Below the pieces are notes generated by a model. That model was given only the letters and a program-made list of their open reading frames with translations, made no database searches and was not told the origin of the DNA. A stretch of 63,979 bases of DNA, filler included, from Pirum gemmata (Eukaryota), in the NCBI GenBank assembly GCA_002812295.1. It is 7 parts of 7 records of this genome, joined end to end, with 100 filler letters (N's around TTAATTAATTAA, not from the genome) between each part and the next. Parts side by side here need not be neighbours in the genome. Positions count along the whole stretch, not along the records: positions 1 to 10,145 come from PDIN01000062.1; 6 more parts are not named here. The stretch is one strand, 5' to 3'. This document shows positions 1 to 10,245 of the stretch, piece by piece (the stretch's first letter is position 1; each line of letters begins with the position of its first letter). Made by a program: the position numbers and the translations under genes.

Positions 1-38
1 TTGGTCGTAGGTTCGATTCCCGCTCAGTGATCCATTTT
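1..38 (+). tRNA. 3' fragment of a tRNA gene or tRNA-derived element (truncated by window start)
   Basis: GGTCGTAGGTTCGATTCCCGC contains a Pol III B-box/T-arm (GGTTCGATTCC) followed by a short stem-like segment and a T-run. The T-stem has one mismatch and the anticodon lies outside the window. Confidence 0.4.
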
Positions 39-85
39 CCAACACACGTAAAAATGAGAAATGAGATAATCTATTATACATCATT

Positions 86-735
86 ATGAATATGACGACA
101 AACAGATCGATAGCATCAATGAACATAGTAGCGCATCCAACTATTTATCAGATGCAGGAAACCACACAAGAGCATCGAGAACAAACAACGACACCAACAA
201 TAACGACAACAACACCAGAGGAACCACACACAGAAAAACAACAGCAAGAGGATAAACATACGAAGGACACACACACAGTACACACAAAGTCAGCAAGTAC
301 AAGTACTAAGAGAAGGGCAGATGACAGGTTTACCACGAGACAAAGACGGACCAATGGAAAAGAGCGATGATAATCAAGCAACAGGAACACAGGATGAAAC
401 CACTATGAAATCATGGATATCAAAACGGAAAAGCAGGAAACCATTAACATACAACGAAAAATCAAAACAGTTTAGAACTGTAAAGCCAGATATTACATCA
501 ACAACTGTACGACAAGAAGGCACGCTAAATTATACATATAATGAAACAAAAGAACTACCAGATTATGGACAATATAAAGAATCGCAAAGAGAAGATAAAT
601 TAACATCAATATTTGAACATGGAGGATTACATATTATACCAGTGGAAGAAGTGGAGAAAGGAGAAATAATACTGACTTTAACATGGGTTAATAGAAGGAA
701 GCATGATGGAAGATACAAAAGCAGACTCAATGATA
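86..735 (+). pseudogene. Truncated, frameshifted copy of the Ty1/copia pol (integrase-RT linker to RYKSRLN)
   Basis: ORFs 86-370 and 321-830 closely match pol at about 3996-4625 (MNMTTNR.IASMNIVAHPTIY...WVNRRKHDGRYKSRLN), then diverge into unrelated low-complexity sequence. Confidence 0.9.
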
Positions 736-864
736 GAGGTGTTGATGATGATAATGATAATTATAATAGTAATAATAATGTTGCAAACGATAAAGATAAG
801 TGTTTGAGTGTTTTGTGGATGATAATATAAATAAAAAGGGATATATTATTGTGAATATTTAAGC

Positions 865-1007
865 ATCCAAAAAAATCTCCTAATATGGAAATAAAATTAC
901 CAAACATGGAAGTACAAAAGCTACTAAAATGGTTTTCAAGATACCTATTATGGTAATATGGGATCGCAGATACAACCGACTGAGGACCAAATTCAAAAGC
1001 TAATTTC
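865..1007 (+). repeat. Partial duplicate of the copia gag frame-overlap region (copy of about 1581-1764 with an internal deletion)
   Basis: Near-identical text atccaaaaa..tctcctaatatggaaataaaa...gggatcgcagatacaaccgactgagg, ending at a single-n junction (1008). Confidence 0.85.
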
Positions 1008-1033
1008 NATTTATTTTACACTTTATTCTAATA

Positions 1034-1047
1034 CGTTAACAGCACCA
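1034..1047 (+). promoter_or_regulatory. Putative primer-binding site complementary to a tRNA anticodon stem-loop (half-tRNA priming, Ile-like)
   Basis: CGTTAACAGCACCA immediately follows the LTR end. Its reverse complement TGGTG-CTGTTAA-CG resembles the tRNA-Ile anticodon arm TGGTG-CT[I]ATAA-CG with one mismatch. Confidence 0.55.
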
Positions 1048-1058
1048 AACAGCCAATC

Positions 1059-1760
1059 ATGTCCAACATCGACCAACTTACTGAGCAACTTAAAACTATG
1101 AAAATTGAGAAAGACACACAGGAACTCGAAAAACATCAACTCGAAATACTAAACCTGGACTTGCGAAAACAAGCCGACGAACTCGAAACAAAGCTCGACA
1201 GCTATGAGGTCCAACTCGAAGAAATGGTCAAACGAGCCGAAGACGCAGAACAGGTCTTAAACAACATTAGCGAGGAACTGATGGAAAGGAACAAAGAAAG
1301 GGGAGAACTCGTTACCAATACAGAAGTCGAGGAGGCTTTTCGAATACAAATTCAACAGACCGACAACCATATCGAACAGCTGGAAAAGGAAAATGCAGGG
1401 CTCGAAAACAAAATAATGGAAGCAAATAACCGAATCGAACATCTCGAACAAGAGCTCGAAGAGGACAAACTGAACCAAACACTGTATGTGGAAGCCCAAG
1501 AATTTAGAAGTCCGGGAGGAAGAACCGTCATATCTCCGGAACCGGAAGGCGCAGGGACCTCCGGTTCAAATCCTGCACACATCCAAAAATCTCCTAATAT
1601 GGAAATAAAAATTACCAAAATGGTAATAACATTACTAAATTTGGTAACCAAAATACCAAACATGGAAGTACAAAAGCTACTAAAAATGGTTTTCAAGATA
1701 CCTATTATGGTAATATGGGATCGCAGATACAACCGACTGAGGAACAAATTCAAAAGTTAA
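1059..1760 (+). CDS. gag: Copia ORF1 / gag N-terminal coiled-coil segment
   Basis: ATG lies 11 nt after the PBS. About 150 aa of E/K/L/Q heptad-like coiled coil, then a Pro/Gly linker; overlaps the next frame over 1598-1760. Confidence 0.7.
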   Translation: MSNIDQLTEQLKTMKIEKDTQELEKHQLEILNLDLRKQADELETKLDSYEVQLEEMVKRAEDAEQVLNNISEELMERNKERGELVTNTEVEEAFRIQIQQTDNHIEQLEKENAGLENKIMEANNRIEHLEQELEEDKLNQTLYVEAQEFRSPGGRTVISPEPEGAGTSGSNPAHIQKSPNMEIKITKMVITLLNLVTKIPNMEVQKLLKMVFKIPIMVIWDRRYNRLRNKFKS

Positions 1761-2734
1761 TTTCCTTAAAAACCCCTGCATGGAATGGAACGAAATTAAG
1801 TAGGGACACGCAACTTACACAGTGGAGTCAGGATATTGAATTACATATGATAGAAGTTGGCCTATATGACTTATTTTTCCCATGTGAACAATCAGTCAAA
1901 TATGATCAAGCTACCACACTGAGACTGGGCGCTAAAGGTGTAAGACTTATAAGAGAAAGTCTGGACGACTCCATTAAAGACAATATGGGCAAGTACGACA
2001 TAAAACAACCTCACACGGTACTGGAGGCAATATACCAAGCCTTCGGACGTAAAACTTTGTCAACCTTTGTACAAGCAATTGAACAATTAAGTTTGGCACA
2101 ACGACAGCCAGACGACACCATCCAACAATATGATAACAAGTTAACTAACTTAGAACAGACTATTATCAGGAACAACACAATACCACAGATAACTGAATTG
2201 ATACCAATATTCACGGAAATACTAAAGCATAATGCTATGATATATCGATGTGGAGAGCAGTTCAAAAATACCACAACCGCGCTGGAACAAGAGTATAACA
2301 GACAGAATAGTCAACTGAATTACCAGGATGTACTCAACAGAATGCTCGATGCAGAAAACGATCTAAAGATAACAAACACTAAGGCACACGCTATGCACCA
2401 CACTGAAGGCACACTAATGAATACGCAAGCTAATAAAACGAATACAACACAACCACGAGGACAACCACGCCAACAATCTGATAAATGCTACCGATGTAAC
2501 GGAACCCATGACTCGGAAGTCTGTTATTTCAAGGACAAAGACTGTCACTACTGCAACAAGCAAGGGCATTGTTTACGCGCATGCAGGCAACGACTAAGAG
2601 ACTTACAATCAGGATATGGTCAGCCTAGAAGAGAAAATCAAGCACATTTCAATGATAAAGACGACAATGGCAACAGTACAACAAACAAAGAACGACGAAG
2701 TCAAAATAAAGACAAGGAACAGGAAGAAGAATGA
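1598..2734 (+). CDS. gag: Copia gag capsid/nucleocapsid segment (frame open from 1598; first ATG at 1715)
   Basis: Helical capsid-like region plus two zinc knuckles, CYRCNGTHDSEVC and CHYCNKQGHCLRAC. Ends in TGA at 2732-2734. Confidence 0.85.
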   Translation, partial: YGNKNYQNGNNITKFGNQNTKHGSTKATKNGFQDTYYGNMGSQIQPTEEQIQKLISLKTPAWNGTKLSRDTQLTQWSQDIELHMIEVGLYDLFFPCEQSVKYDQATTLRLGAKGVRLIRESLDDSIKDNMGKYDIKQPHTVLEAIYQAFGRKTLSTFVQAIEQLSLAQRQPDDTIQQYDNKLTNLEQTIIRNNTIPQITELIPIFTEILKHNAMIYRCGEQFKNTTTALEQEYNRQNSQLNYQDVLNRMLDAENDLKITNTKAHAMHHTEGTLMNTQANKTNTTQPRGQPRQQSDKCYRCNGTHDSEVCYFKDKDCHYCNKQGHCLRACRQRLRDLQSGYGQPRRENQAHFNDKDDNGNSTTNKERRSQNKDKEQEEE

Positions 2735-5700
2735 CTGAATGTGTGGAAGATAGCAGACTCAGCAGCAGACCCACACTACACCAAATCACAGGACGACGCA
2801 ACCAACATCAAAACGGAATACAATAGCATCAAAACATTAATAGGAACAAAAACAGCTACCACAGTAGGGCACATCACAATATTAGACAGAGGTAAAACTA
2901 TAATCGACCCAGACATAGCTAACGACGTGTTAGCGATAGGATTATTGGATGACGACGGACACATAATAACAATTAAAAATGGCATAATTGAAATACACAA
3001 AAATGATAACTTAGTAGCAAGTGGATATAAATATCAAGGGATATACTATATAACAAAACTATACAATACACAAACTGAAAACAACATGAAACAACCAAGC
3101 AACACAGGCACACACACGCACATGAATACAACTATCGCCAATATACATACACAAGTGACTCAACAAAATGATATACCAATGGAGCACATGATATATGGGC
3201 ATATCGCACACAGATATATTAAACATATCAATCCAACAGTGAAGAAATTTTCAAATAAACAATGTGATATATGCGTTAAAAGTAAACTTAATAAGAAGAA
3301 AGTTAACAAACAAAGTGAAACACACTCAGAACGTAACCCAGGACAATTGTTATATATCGACACAAAGGAATGGGATGAAATAGCATACGACGGAACAAGG
3401 TATGTAATAATAGTAACCGACGCGAAAACATCAAAATGGTGGCCACTCTTTTCAAGAACGAAAGAGGAAATCAAAGAAGTAATTGATGATTGGGTTGATA
3501 AACATAATGAGGCAATAAAACTACGCAGACTAAACAACAACGAAGAACAACCATCAATGATTGAAATAATGAGATTCGACTACGGTACAGAATATATAAA
3601 CGAGGATCTGTTTACATCACTAGAAATGAAAGGCATATTTGCAAGCAAAACACCCAAGGACGTACACCAATACAATAACAGTGAAAGAACGATACAAACG
3701 GCATGTAAAATGACAAGAAGCATACTACACACATCAGGACTGAAAAGAAACCAATGGAAAAGAGCAATGATTAACGCAGCATTTATACACAACAGGATAC
3801 CGAAGAACGACAAACCTGCTCCGAATGAAGCATACCCAAACGATGAAAGATCGTTGACAACCTACATACCCCTAGGTTGTTATGTTCAAGTGAAGAAGAA
3901 CACAGCACATCATCGACCTGAATCAGAGGACTTAACAATTGATGGCTATATGCTAGAAATGACAATGGATACACATAATCAAGAATACAACATAATGAAT
4001 ATGACGACAAACAGACCGATAGCGTCAATGAACATAGTAGCGCATCCAACTATTTATCCGATGCGGGAAACCACACAAGAGCATCAAGAACAAACAACGA
4101 CACCAACAATAACAATAACAACACCAGAGGAACCACACGAAGAACAACAACAGCAAAAGGACAAACATACGAAGGACACACAGTACACACAAAGACAGCA
4201 AAGAGAAGGGCAGATAACAGGATTACCACGAGACAAAGACGTACCAATGCAAAAGAACGGTGATGATCAAGCAACAGGAACACAGGATGAACCAACTATG
4301 AAATCATGGGCATCAAAACGGAAAAGAAGGAAACCAGTAACATACAACGAAAAATCAAAACAGTTTAGAACTGCCAAGTCAGATATTAATTCAACTACTG
4401 AACAACAAGAAGCCACGTTAAATTATACATATAATGAAACAAAAGAACTACCAGATTATGAACAATATAAAGAATCGCAAAGAGAAGAATTAACATCAAT
4501 ATTTGAACATGGAGGATTACAAATAATACCAGTGGAAGAAGTGGAGAAAGGAGAAACTATACTGACTTCAACATGGGTTAATAGAAGGAAGCATGATGGA
4601 AGATACAAAAGCAGACTCAATGCTAGAGGATATATGCAAACAAAAGGACAAGATTATATCAACACATATTCACCCACATTAGAGAAAAGCTCGACTAAAA
4701 TAATTATCACAATAGCACAAATACTAGGACTGGAATTACATCAAATGGATATCAAGACAGCATTTTTGAATAGCAAACTCGAAAAACCTGTACATATGCA
4801 TGTATGTCAAGGATTGTATTTAATCAAACATCTATTTTCGCCAGAACAGCAAAAATTACTGCAACAACATTATGACAAACTACGCAAATGTGTTATACGA
4901 ATACCAATAGCATTATATGGCTTACCGGAATCAGCAAGATTATGGAATATAGATTTAACGCAAGTAATCAAAGATGCAGAATTTAAACAAAGTATGGTAG
5001 AAGAAGGAATATATTATAATTTGGACACAAACACATTTGTTGGAATACACACGGACGATTTGATTACAGCTGGACCAATTGAGGAATTAATGAAGCACCT
5101 AGAAGCCAAATTCGAAGTCAAACCATTGGGAGAACCAAAACGATTGTTAGGCATGAACATGAATATAAAGCCAGGAATGATTGAAATTGATCAAAGTGAT
5201 AAAATACAAGAATTGATTGATCAGTATGGAATAAGCAAACGAACATGTAACACACCAATACCAACACATTTAAAATTAAAGAGACCAAAGGATAACACGA
5301 TGAAGAACAAAAATTACCCAAAAATGGTCGGTAAAATTAGAAATATAGCAGACGTATCGAGACCAGACTTAGCGTATCCAGCATCGCAATTAGGAAGATA
5401 CTTACATAATAATGATGAGCAACACATGGCTGCAGCACGACAAGTAATACAATATTTAAGTAAAACAAAACATTTAAAACTACAATACTACGCCAAACCG
5501 CAAACCGCAAAAACAAAGAAAATAAGAATAACATGTTTTGCGGATTCATCTTATGCAGATCTACAAGATAGGAGATCGGCAATGGGATTTATTATAGTAG
5601 TGGAAGGCAACATTGTTCACTGGGGTAGTAATGTACATAATATGGACGTTTTTGGGTCCTCATGTGAAGCAGAATACGTGGCAAGTAATAACGCATTGAC

Positions 5701-5989
5701 TCAGACATTAAACATTAAACATTTATTACAAGAATTACTACCTGATTATGAGATTCTAGCGGAAATTTTGACAGATAATGAATCAAATGAACAAATTATT
5801 AATGGAACTGCACCAGTTCGACGTTTACGACATGTGGATGTAGCATACCATAGGATAAGACAGGAAGTTCAAAAGGGTACTGTCACTGTCAACTGGGTGG
5901 AAAGTGAACTCAATATTAGTGACATGATGACGAAACCATTATCACCGCAAAAGCATTCGCATATACTAAGTAAACTTTACGGAACATGA
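2735..5989 (+). CDS. pol: Copia pol polyprotein (protease, integrase, RT, RNase H), in frame with gag
   Basis: PR WKIADSAADPH; IN H..GH...CDIC, LYIDT, RFDYGTEY, SERTIQT; RT YKSRLNARG, QMDIKTAFL, LYGLPES, IHTDDL; RNase H FADSS, SSCEAEY, TDNES, RHVDV, DMMTKPL. Confidence 0.97.
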   Translation: MNVWKIADSAADPHYTKSQDDATNIKTEYNSIKTLIGTKTATTVGHITILDRGKTIIDPDIANDVLAIGLLDDDGHIITIKNGIIEIHKNDNLVASGYKYQGIYYITKLYNTQTENNMKQPSNTGTHTHMNTTIANIHTQVTQQNDIPMEHMIYGHIAHRYIKHINPTVKKFSNKQCDICVKSKLNKKKVNKQSETHSERNPGQLLYIDTKEWDEIAYDGTRYVIIVTDAKTSKWWPLFSRTKEEIKEVIDDWVDKHNEAIKLRRLNNNEEQPSMIEIMRFDYGTEYINEDLFTSLEMKGIFASKTPKDVHQYNNSERTIQTACKMTRSILHTSGLKRNQWKRAMINAAFIHNRIPKNDKPAPNEAYPNDERSLTTYIPLGCYVQVKKNTAHHRPESEDLTIDGYMLEMTMDTHNQEYNIMNMTTNRPIASMNIVAHPTIYPMRETTQEHQEQTTTPTITITTPEEPHEEQQQQKDKHTKDTQYTQRQQREGQITGLPRDKDVPMQKNGDDQATGTQDEPTMKSWASKRKRRKPVTYNEKSKQFRTAKSDINSTTEQQEATLNYTYNETKELPDYEQYKESQREELTSIFEHGGLQIIPVEEVEKGETILTSTWVNRRKHDGRYKSRLNARGYMQTKGQDYINTYSPTLEKSSTKIIITIAQILGLELHQMDIKTAFLNSKLEKPVHMHVCQGLYLIKHLFSPEQQKLLQQHYDKLRKCVIRIPIALYGLPESARLWNIDLTQVIKDAEFKQSMVEEGIYYNLDTNTFVGIHTDDLITAGPIEELMKHLEAKFEVKPLGEPKRLLGMNMNIKPGMIEIDQSDKIQELIDQYGISKRTCNTPIPTHLKLKRPKDNTMKNKNYPKMVGKIRNIADVSRPDLAYPASQLGRYLHNNDEQHMAAARQVIQYLSKTKHLKLQYYAKPQTAKTKKIRITCFADSSYADLQDRRSAMGFIIVVEGNIVHWGSNVHNMDVFGSSCEAEYVASNNALTQTLNIKHLLQELLPDYEILAEILTDNESNEQIINGTAPVRRLRHVDVAYHRIRQEVQKGTVTVNWVESELNISDMMTKPLSPQKHSHILSKLYGT

Positions 5990-5994
5990 GGTTA

Positions 5995-6010
5995 TAATAG
6001 AATACTGATT

Positions 6011-6077
<67 letters not shown>

Positions 6078-6142
6078 TCTAAATTTTACAAAACAATTTT
6101 TACAATATTTACTTATCATTTATTTTACACTTTATTCTAATA
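5995..6142 (+). repeat. 3' LTR (assembly partly replaced by a poly-A run)
   Basis: Begins TAATAGAATA and ends TATTCTAATA (imperfect terminal inverted repeat). The 3' part matches 1009-1033 and 6417-6471. Confidence 0.6.
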
Positions 6143-6188
6143 TAATTTTATTCAAAAGTTCAATTCTATTTCTGCCTTTTATACTTNG

Positions 6189-6471
6189 ATGACAAAGTGA
6201 TATCAGAAGAAAGGATGTTTGCAATGCTTGGCTATGGGGGAACTTTTGGGGTTTTACCAGATAATGTGAAATAACCCCGGGGTGGATGACGAAAATGCCC
6301 CATGGTTGAAAATTATTTGTACCAATCAAAAAGGGCTACGATTGCAAAGAGAGAAAATTTAGAATTATGAGAAAGTATAAAAGGAGGGAATAGAGTGGAA
6401 CTTTTGAATAAAATTACTTCTAAATTTTACAAACCAATTTTTACAATGTTTATTTTACATTTTTTCTAATA
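6189..6471 (+). repeat. Diverged LTR copy with TATA box
   Basis: 6417-6471 is similar to 6076-6142 and also ends ...TTCTAATA. TATAAAAG at 6376-6383. 6143-6187 is an inverted copy of 6373-6416. Confidence 0.65.
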
Positions 6472-7545
6472 ATAATCGAACACGATTTGTTTCTGAAGAA
6501 ATTTTTTTCGTTTTTAATCGTTATCTATTTATTTTTTACATTAAGGACTATATATTCAAAGTCTGAATGTCGGAGTTTAGATAGTGCAGCATTTGACTCA
6601 TCCTTAGATTTTTAAATTTCCTTACAATAAATTTTATTAAATATTAATGTACCAAAGCTACACGATACGTCGAGTCAATCAATCAGTAAGAAAAAATGAA
6701 TGTTGCTTCGAGTACTCTTAAACTGATATATCACAACACAAAAGCTATTTAGGACACCAGATACTTTTTTGCTTTCCAATACCTTAACCTTTCCTCGGAT
6801 ATTTGAAAAACTATATGATACACCGGATGCCTCAATCAGTAGAAAAAATAAGTGCTGCTTCCAAGTACAATATCACAATAAAAAAGCCAGCTATTTCTTC
6901 GCTTTCGAATAATTTTTTAACCTTTCTTTGGATAAAATTTGATCCAATTTAGATATTTTAAATCGCTTTTTTAGAGCCTTTTCCCAGCGTCCTATTTGCA
7001 AGACTAAAATACGATATCATTGGGAGATATAAAGCACTTCTTTATTCGCAATAATGGGGTTATCGTAATGTAATCGTAGGTTTTCTTAGGTTTTCTTTGG
7101 ACTAAGATTTTTTTTCACGGGCCATTAAGAAATTTTTTCGCTAACCAAAGCTAAAAAAACATACAGAAGCTAAAAAAGTTTACATACTTTCGACAAAGTA
7201 AGTTTAAATATGATTTGAACAGTATTCATTCCCTTCATTAATTTTTCATTTCTCAACAGTTCAAATTTTTGTCAAAATAGATGTGCTTTGTGAAATTGAA
7301 AATTGAAAAATTAATGTAACTTTTGAAAATGAGGTTAGCACAGGTTAGTAGCTAATTGGATAGCTTTAAATATTTATGCTATTATTTTAAAAAACCCGCT
7401 GGGACAGTGAAAATGTTCCTTGTTTCCCCAATGATATTTTAATAAGCACACAGGTGTATCACATTCAAACTTTCCTATTTTTTTTTTGGGAAGAAAAAAA
7501 AAAAAAGAAAACAAGTATATCCATATTTCGAATACTCACTACTTA

Positions 7546-8215
7546 CTACTTTAGTGAATTATATCGAGCTTTTGCCTAAAACATAAAAATGATAAGTATG
7601 GAATGAGTAAACGTCACTAATACTACATTATAAAATCAAACAAAAATCTCTCAAAAAAAAAAAAATATATGAGGAAAGTGCAACATGAAAATGAAAAGAA
7701 AGTATGAAAGAGAAATCCCTCCAAAAATTAAATATGACAAAAAGTGTACCATTTTTTTCAAACGCTCATCATGGGTATCAGATACTGAAATTCCGTAGTC
7801 ACAGTTCGTATTTCCTGGTTTGATATATATATTTTTGTTAACTGAGTTTAAATATCAACTAGTAATTTGAATTCAATTTTTAATAAGTTGTGTAAATCAA
7901 GCTACCTCCAAGAAAAATTGGTCCCGTTAGAGGTATTTATTTATTGTAACTGATAAGATTTTGTGAATACTTGCAAATAGAGTGAGTGAACAAAAGCACA
8001 GAAACAATCAATACCTAACCCAGCAGTTTGAGACAGAACCTGGGCCTCAATTGGAGCAACAATACCTGGAAGGAAAATAAGTAAAATTTCAGCGAAGATT
8101 TTGTATTAATTTTTACTCGTTCGTGTGAAAAAAAAAATTAAAAAAATAATAAAAATATGAAAGAAAAGTGAAAAGTCTCAATCAATAAAACAATTAATGA
8201 ATAGACTAAAATCAA

Positions 8216-8283
<68 letters not shown>

Positions 8284-10050
8284 GCCCATGTTTTCCCAAC
8301 CCCTGCCCTTCAATCCAGCCCATTTTTTGTAACATTTGGTTACCTTTATTATTTTCGTCAATCACTGTAGCACTTGTTACCCTGTTACATTGTTTTTGAT
8401 TAAAGTGAAATATTTAACGTTACACAAAATAATCATTACATAAAAAAATATTGGTTTTCCACTTGAACCGAAAAATATAACAATAATGGAAAATAAAAAT
8501 AAAATAAATAGAATAAGTGAACGTAAAACAAAACAACTAAAATCTAAAGCTTTTTAAAATAAAAAGAAGCTGAACAAAACGTACTAATGTTAACTTGAAT
8601 TTACATATACAATATAACAACACCAATACAAAAATTTACATTTCAATTTTTTCTTCTGCTTCCTTTTTATTCGGTTTCTTCCGATTTTGATAGCAATCTT
8701 CACGAATGGGAATTTGTGGTTGGCCGTATATAGTTCTCCTTTCCAGAGCCCTATCACGATAGCCTTCACCCTGTTATATAAAACCAAAATAATTTCGTTA
8801 ACCTCACTTAATGTTGAGTATAATAAAACTAACGGTACATTTGATGAAAAAGAAAAATTGGAAACTCAATAATAATCTATTTAAACGAAAAATTGCAATT
8901 ATTTAGGTAGCCCTAATAACCATTATTTATAGGTAACTGATACAAACTTGAATTTATAAAAAATATTCCATAAACAAATAATACTCGGAAACAAATAAGA
9001 TAGATGGTTTTAATACCCTTGTTGGTTTGTCAACTTGAAATTTTCTGTACATTTCCATAATTTTTGGTTCTAAATTATCCTAAAAATAGTAATAAAAATA
9101 AAATGTATCAAGATAAGTAAATAAATATTATCCAAGGAAAGAAAAATGATATTGTCGAGAAACGATGTGAATACACAACATTAGTTAAATGGGGAAATGT
9201 TTATACACTCATCAACTAACCAAATGCAGTTTCGAAATAGTGGAGTGCTTCGTTAATATTTCAGGGCTTTTTAGCTTTTTTTGACACAGAAGGCACTGCA
9301 ATCGCTCAAAATTCAAATAAGAAGAATGGAGTTTATCGATTATCTCCCTTCTTAATTCCTAACCATTATTAAAATATAACCAAAAAACAAAAACATTAAT
9401 GAAAAATGAGCTTAGCACTATAATTACACAGTAAGAAAAGCAAGCTAAAAAGCTGGAAAAACAGTAGATCACTTACACTTACTACTATAGTAATTATTAC
9501 TACTATGATTTAAAGTTAAAATATCAATATTAATATAAGCTATGGTCATTATTATGGCAAGCCACCTACTACTAACAGTATTCAATGATTTTATAGATTA
9601 ACAAGGAAAAAGAATGAAGCAAAGAAAAAATACACTGTCAGGAAAATCATCGTCTAAAATAGAATCATTTTGGTCCTCTGTCTCCGTTTTTTCCTTTTCT
9701 ATTCCAAGAAGTTGTGTTTGTTCCTGATCATACTCTTCCTTTCCACTAGGTGTCTCCTTTTCCAGAAAGTTTTCTTGTACTTGGGAAGGTTCTTGTTGTA
9801 CTTCATTTAAAATTTTCCTATGTTCACCTATTAAAAAATTGGTATTATGTCAATCAATACTTTATTCCAGTATCATAGAAACTAATTGACTAGATAATTG
9901 TAAAAATAAGTATATTCACTTTTTTCAAATATCTGTATATATATATATAATACTTTGTGACTCTATAGTTCGATCTGATTTCTTTCCTTTTTCCATTTTT
10001 CTCTTTAATTTTCTTTGCGATTTTTCCCATTTTTTAATATCATCGACAAC
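7546..10050 (-). CDS. RBM5/RBM10-like splicing regulator, 3' exons (5' part lost at the contig linker)
   Basis: Nine manually spliced GT-AG exons: VVDDIKKWEKS; an acidic exon; C2H2 CLLCQKKLKSPEILTKHSTISKLHL|DNLE; YRDRALERRTIYGQP; G-patch IDENNKGNQMLQKMGWIEGQGLGKHGQG|IVAPIEAQ...AGLG; ...RLKKM|AKARYNSLK* (stop 7548-7546). Confidence 0.88.
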
Positions 10051-10074
10051 CTTGTAACATTAAAGCAAATGAAT

Positions 10075-10108
<34 letters not shown>

Positions 10109-10145
10109 GCAACAGCAATAACAACAACAACAACAACAACAACAA

Positions 10146-10245
10146 NNNNNNNNNNNNNNNNNNNNNNNNNNNNNNNNNNNNNNNNNNNNTTAATTAATTA
10201 ANNNNNNNNNNNNNNNNNNNNNNNNNNNNNNNNNNNNNNNNNNNN
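10146..10245. other. Artificial contig linker N44-TTAATTAATTAA-N44 (also 19221-19320, 28866-28965, 37896-37995, 46891-46990, 55829-55928)
   Basis: Identical 100-bp spacer with stops in all six frames, separating blocks of about 9 kb. Confidence 0.97.

Larger units (their letters stand above)
1009..6142 (+). mobile_element. Ty1/copia LTR retrotransposon, near full length (5' LTR truncated at the n junction)
   Basis: Domain order gag-PR-IN-RT-RNaseH. ATTTATTTTACACTTTATTCTAATA at 1009-1033 is repeated at 6118-6142 (LTR 3' end), with a PBS-like motif directly after it. Confidence 0.95.

Noticed and set aside
1..90. tRNA-targeted insertion of the copia element
   Set aside because: The adjacent piece is an internal pol fragment, not an LTR end, and the tRNA is incomplete.
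2732..2734. UGA reassignment (alternative genetic code) as an explanation of the in-frame stop
   Set aside because: Pol itself ends at TGA (5987-5989) at the normal copia C-terminus, and the host exons I translated use TGG for Trp with no in-frame TGA.
6016..6187. Poly-A after pol as a non-LTR-type tail, and the inverted LTR piece as a DIRS-like terminus
   Set aside because: LTR sequence resumes after the A-run, the element has a DDE integrase, and the region abuts an n junction, so repeat misassembly is more likely.
6500..7450. Possible gene between the LTR and the RBM5-like stop, including a degenerate ~150-bp tandem duplication (about 6680-6935)
   Set aside because: No consistent frame or recognisable motif.
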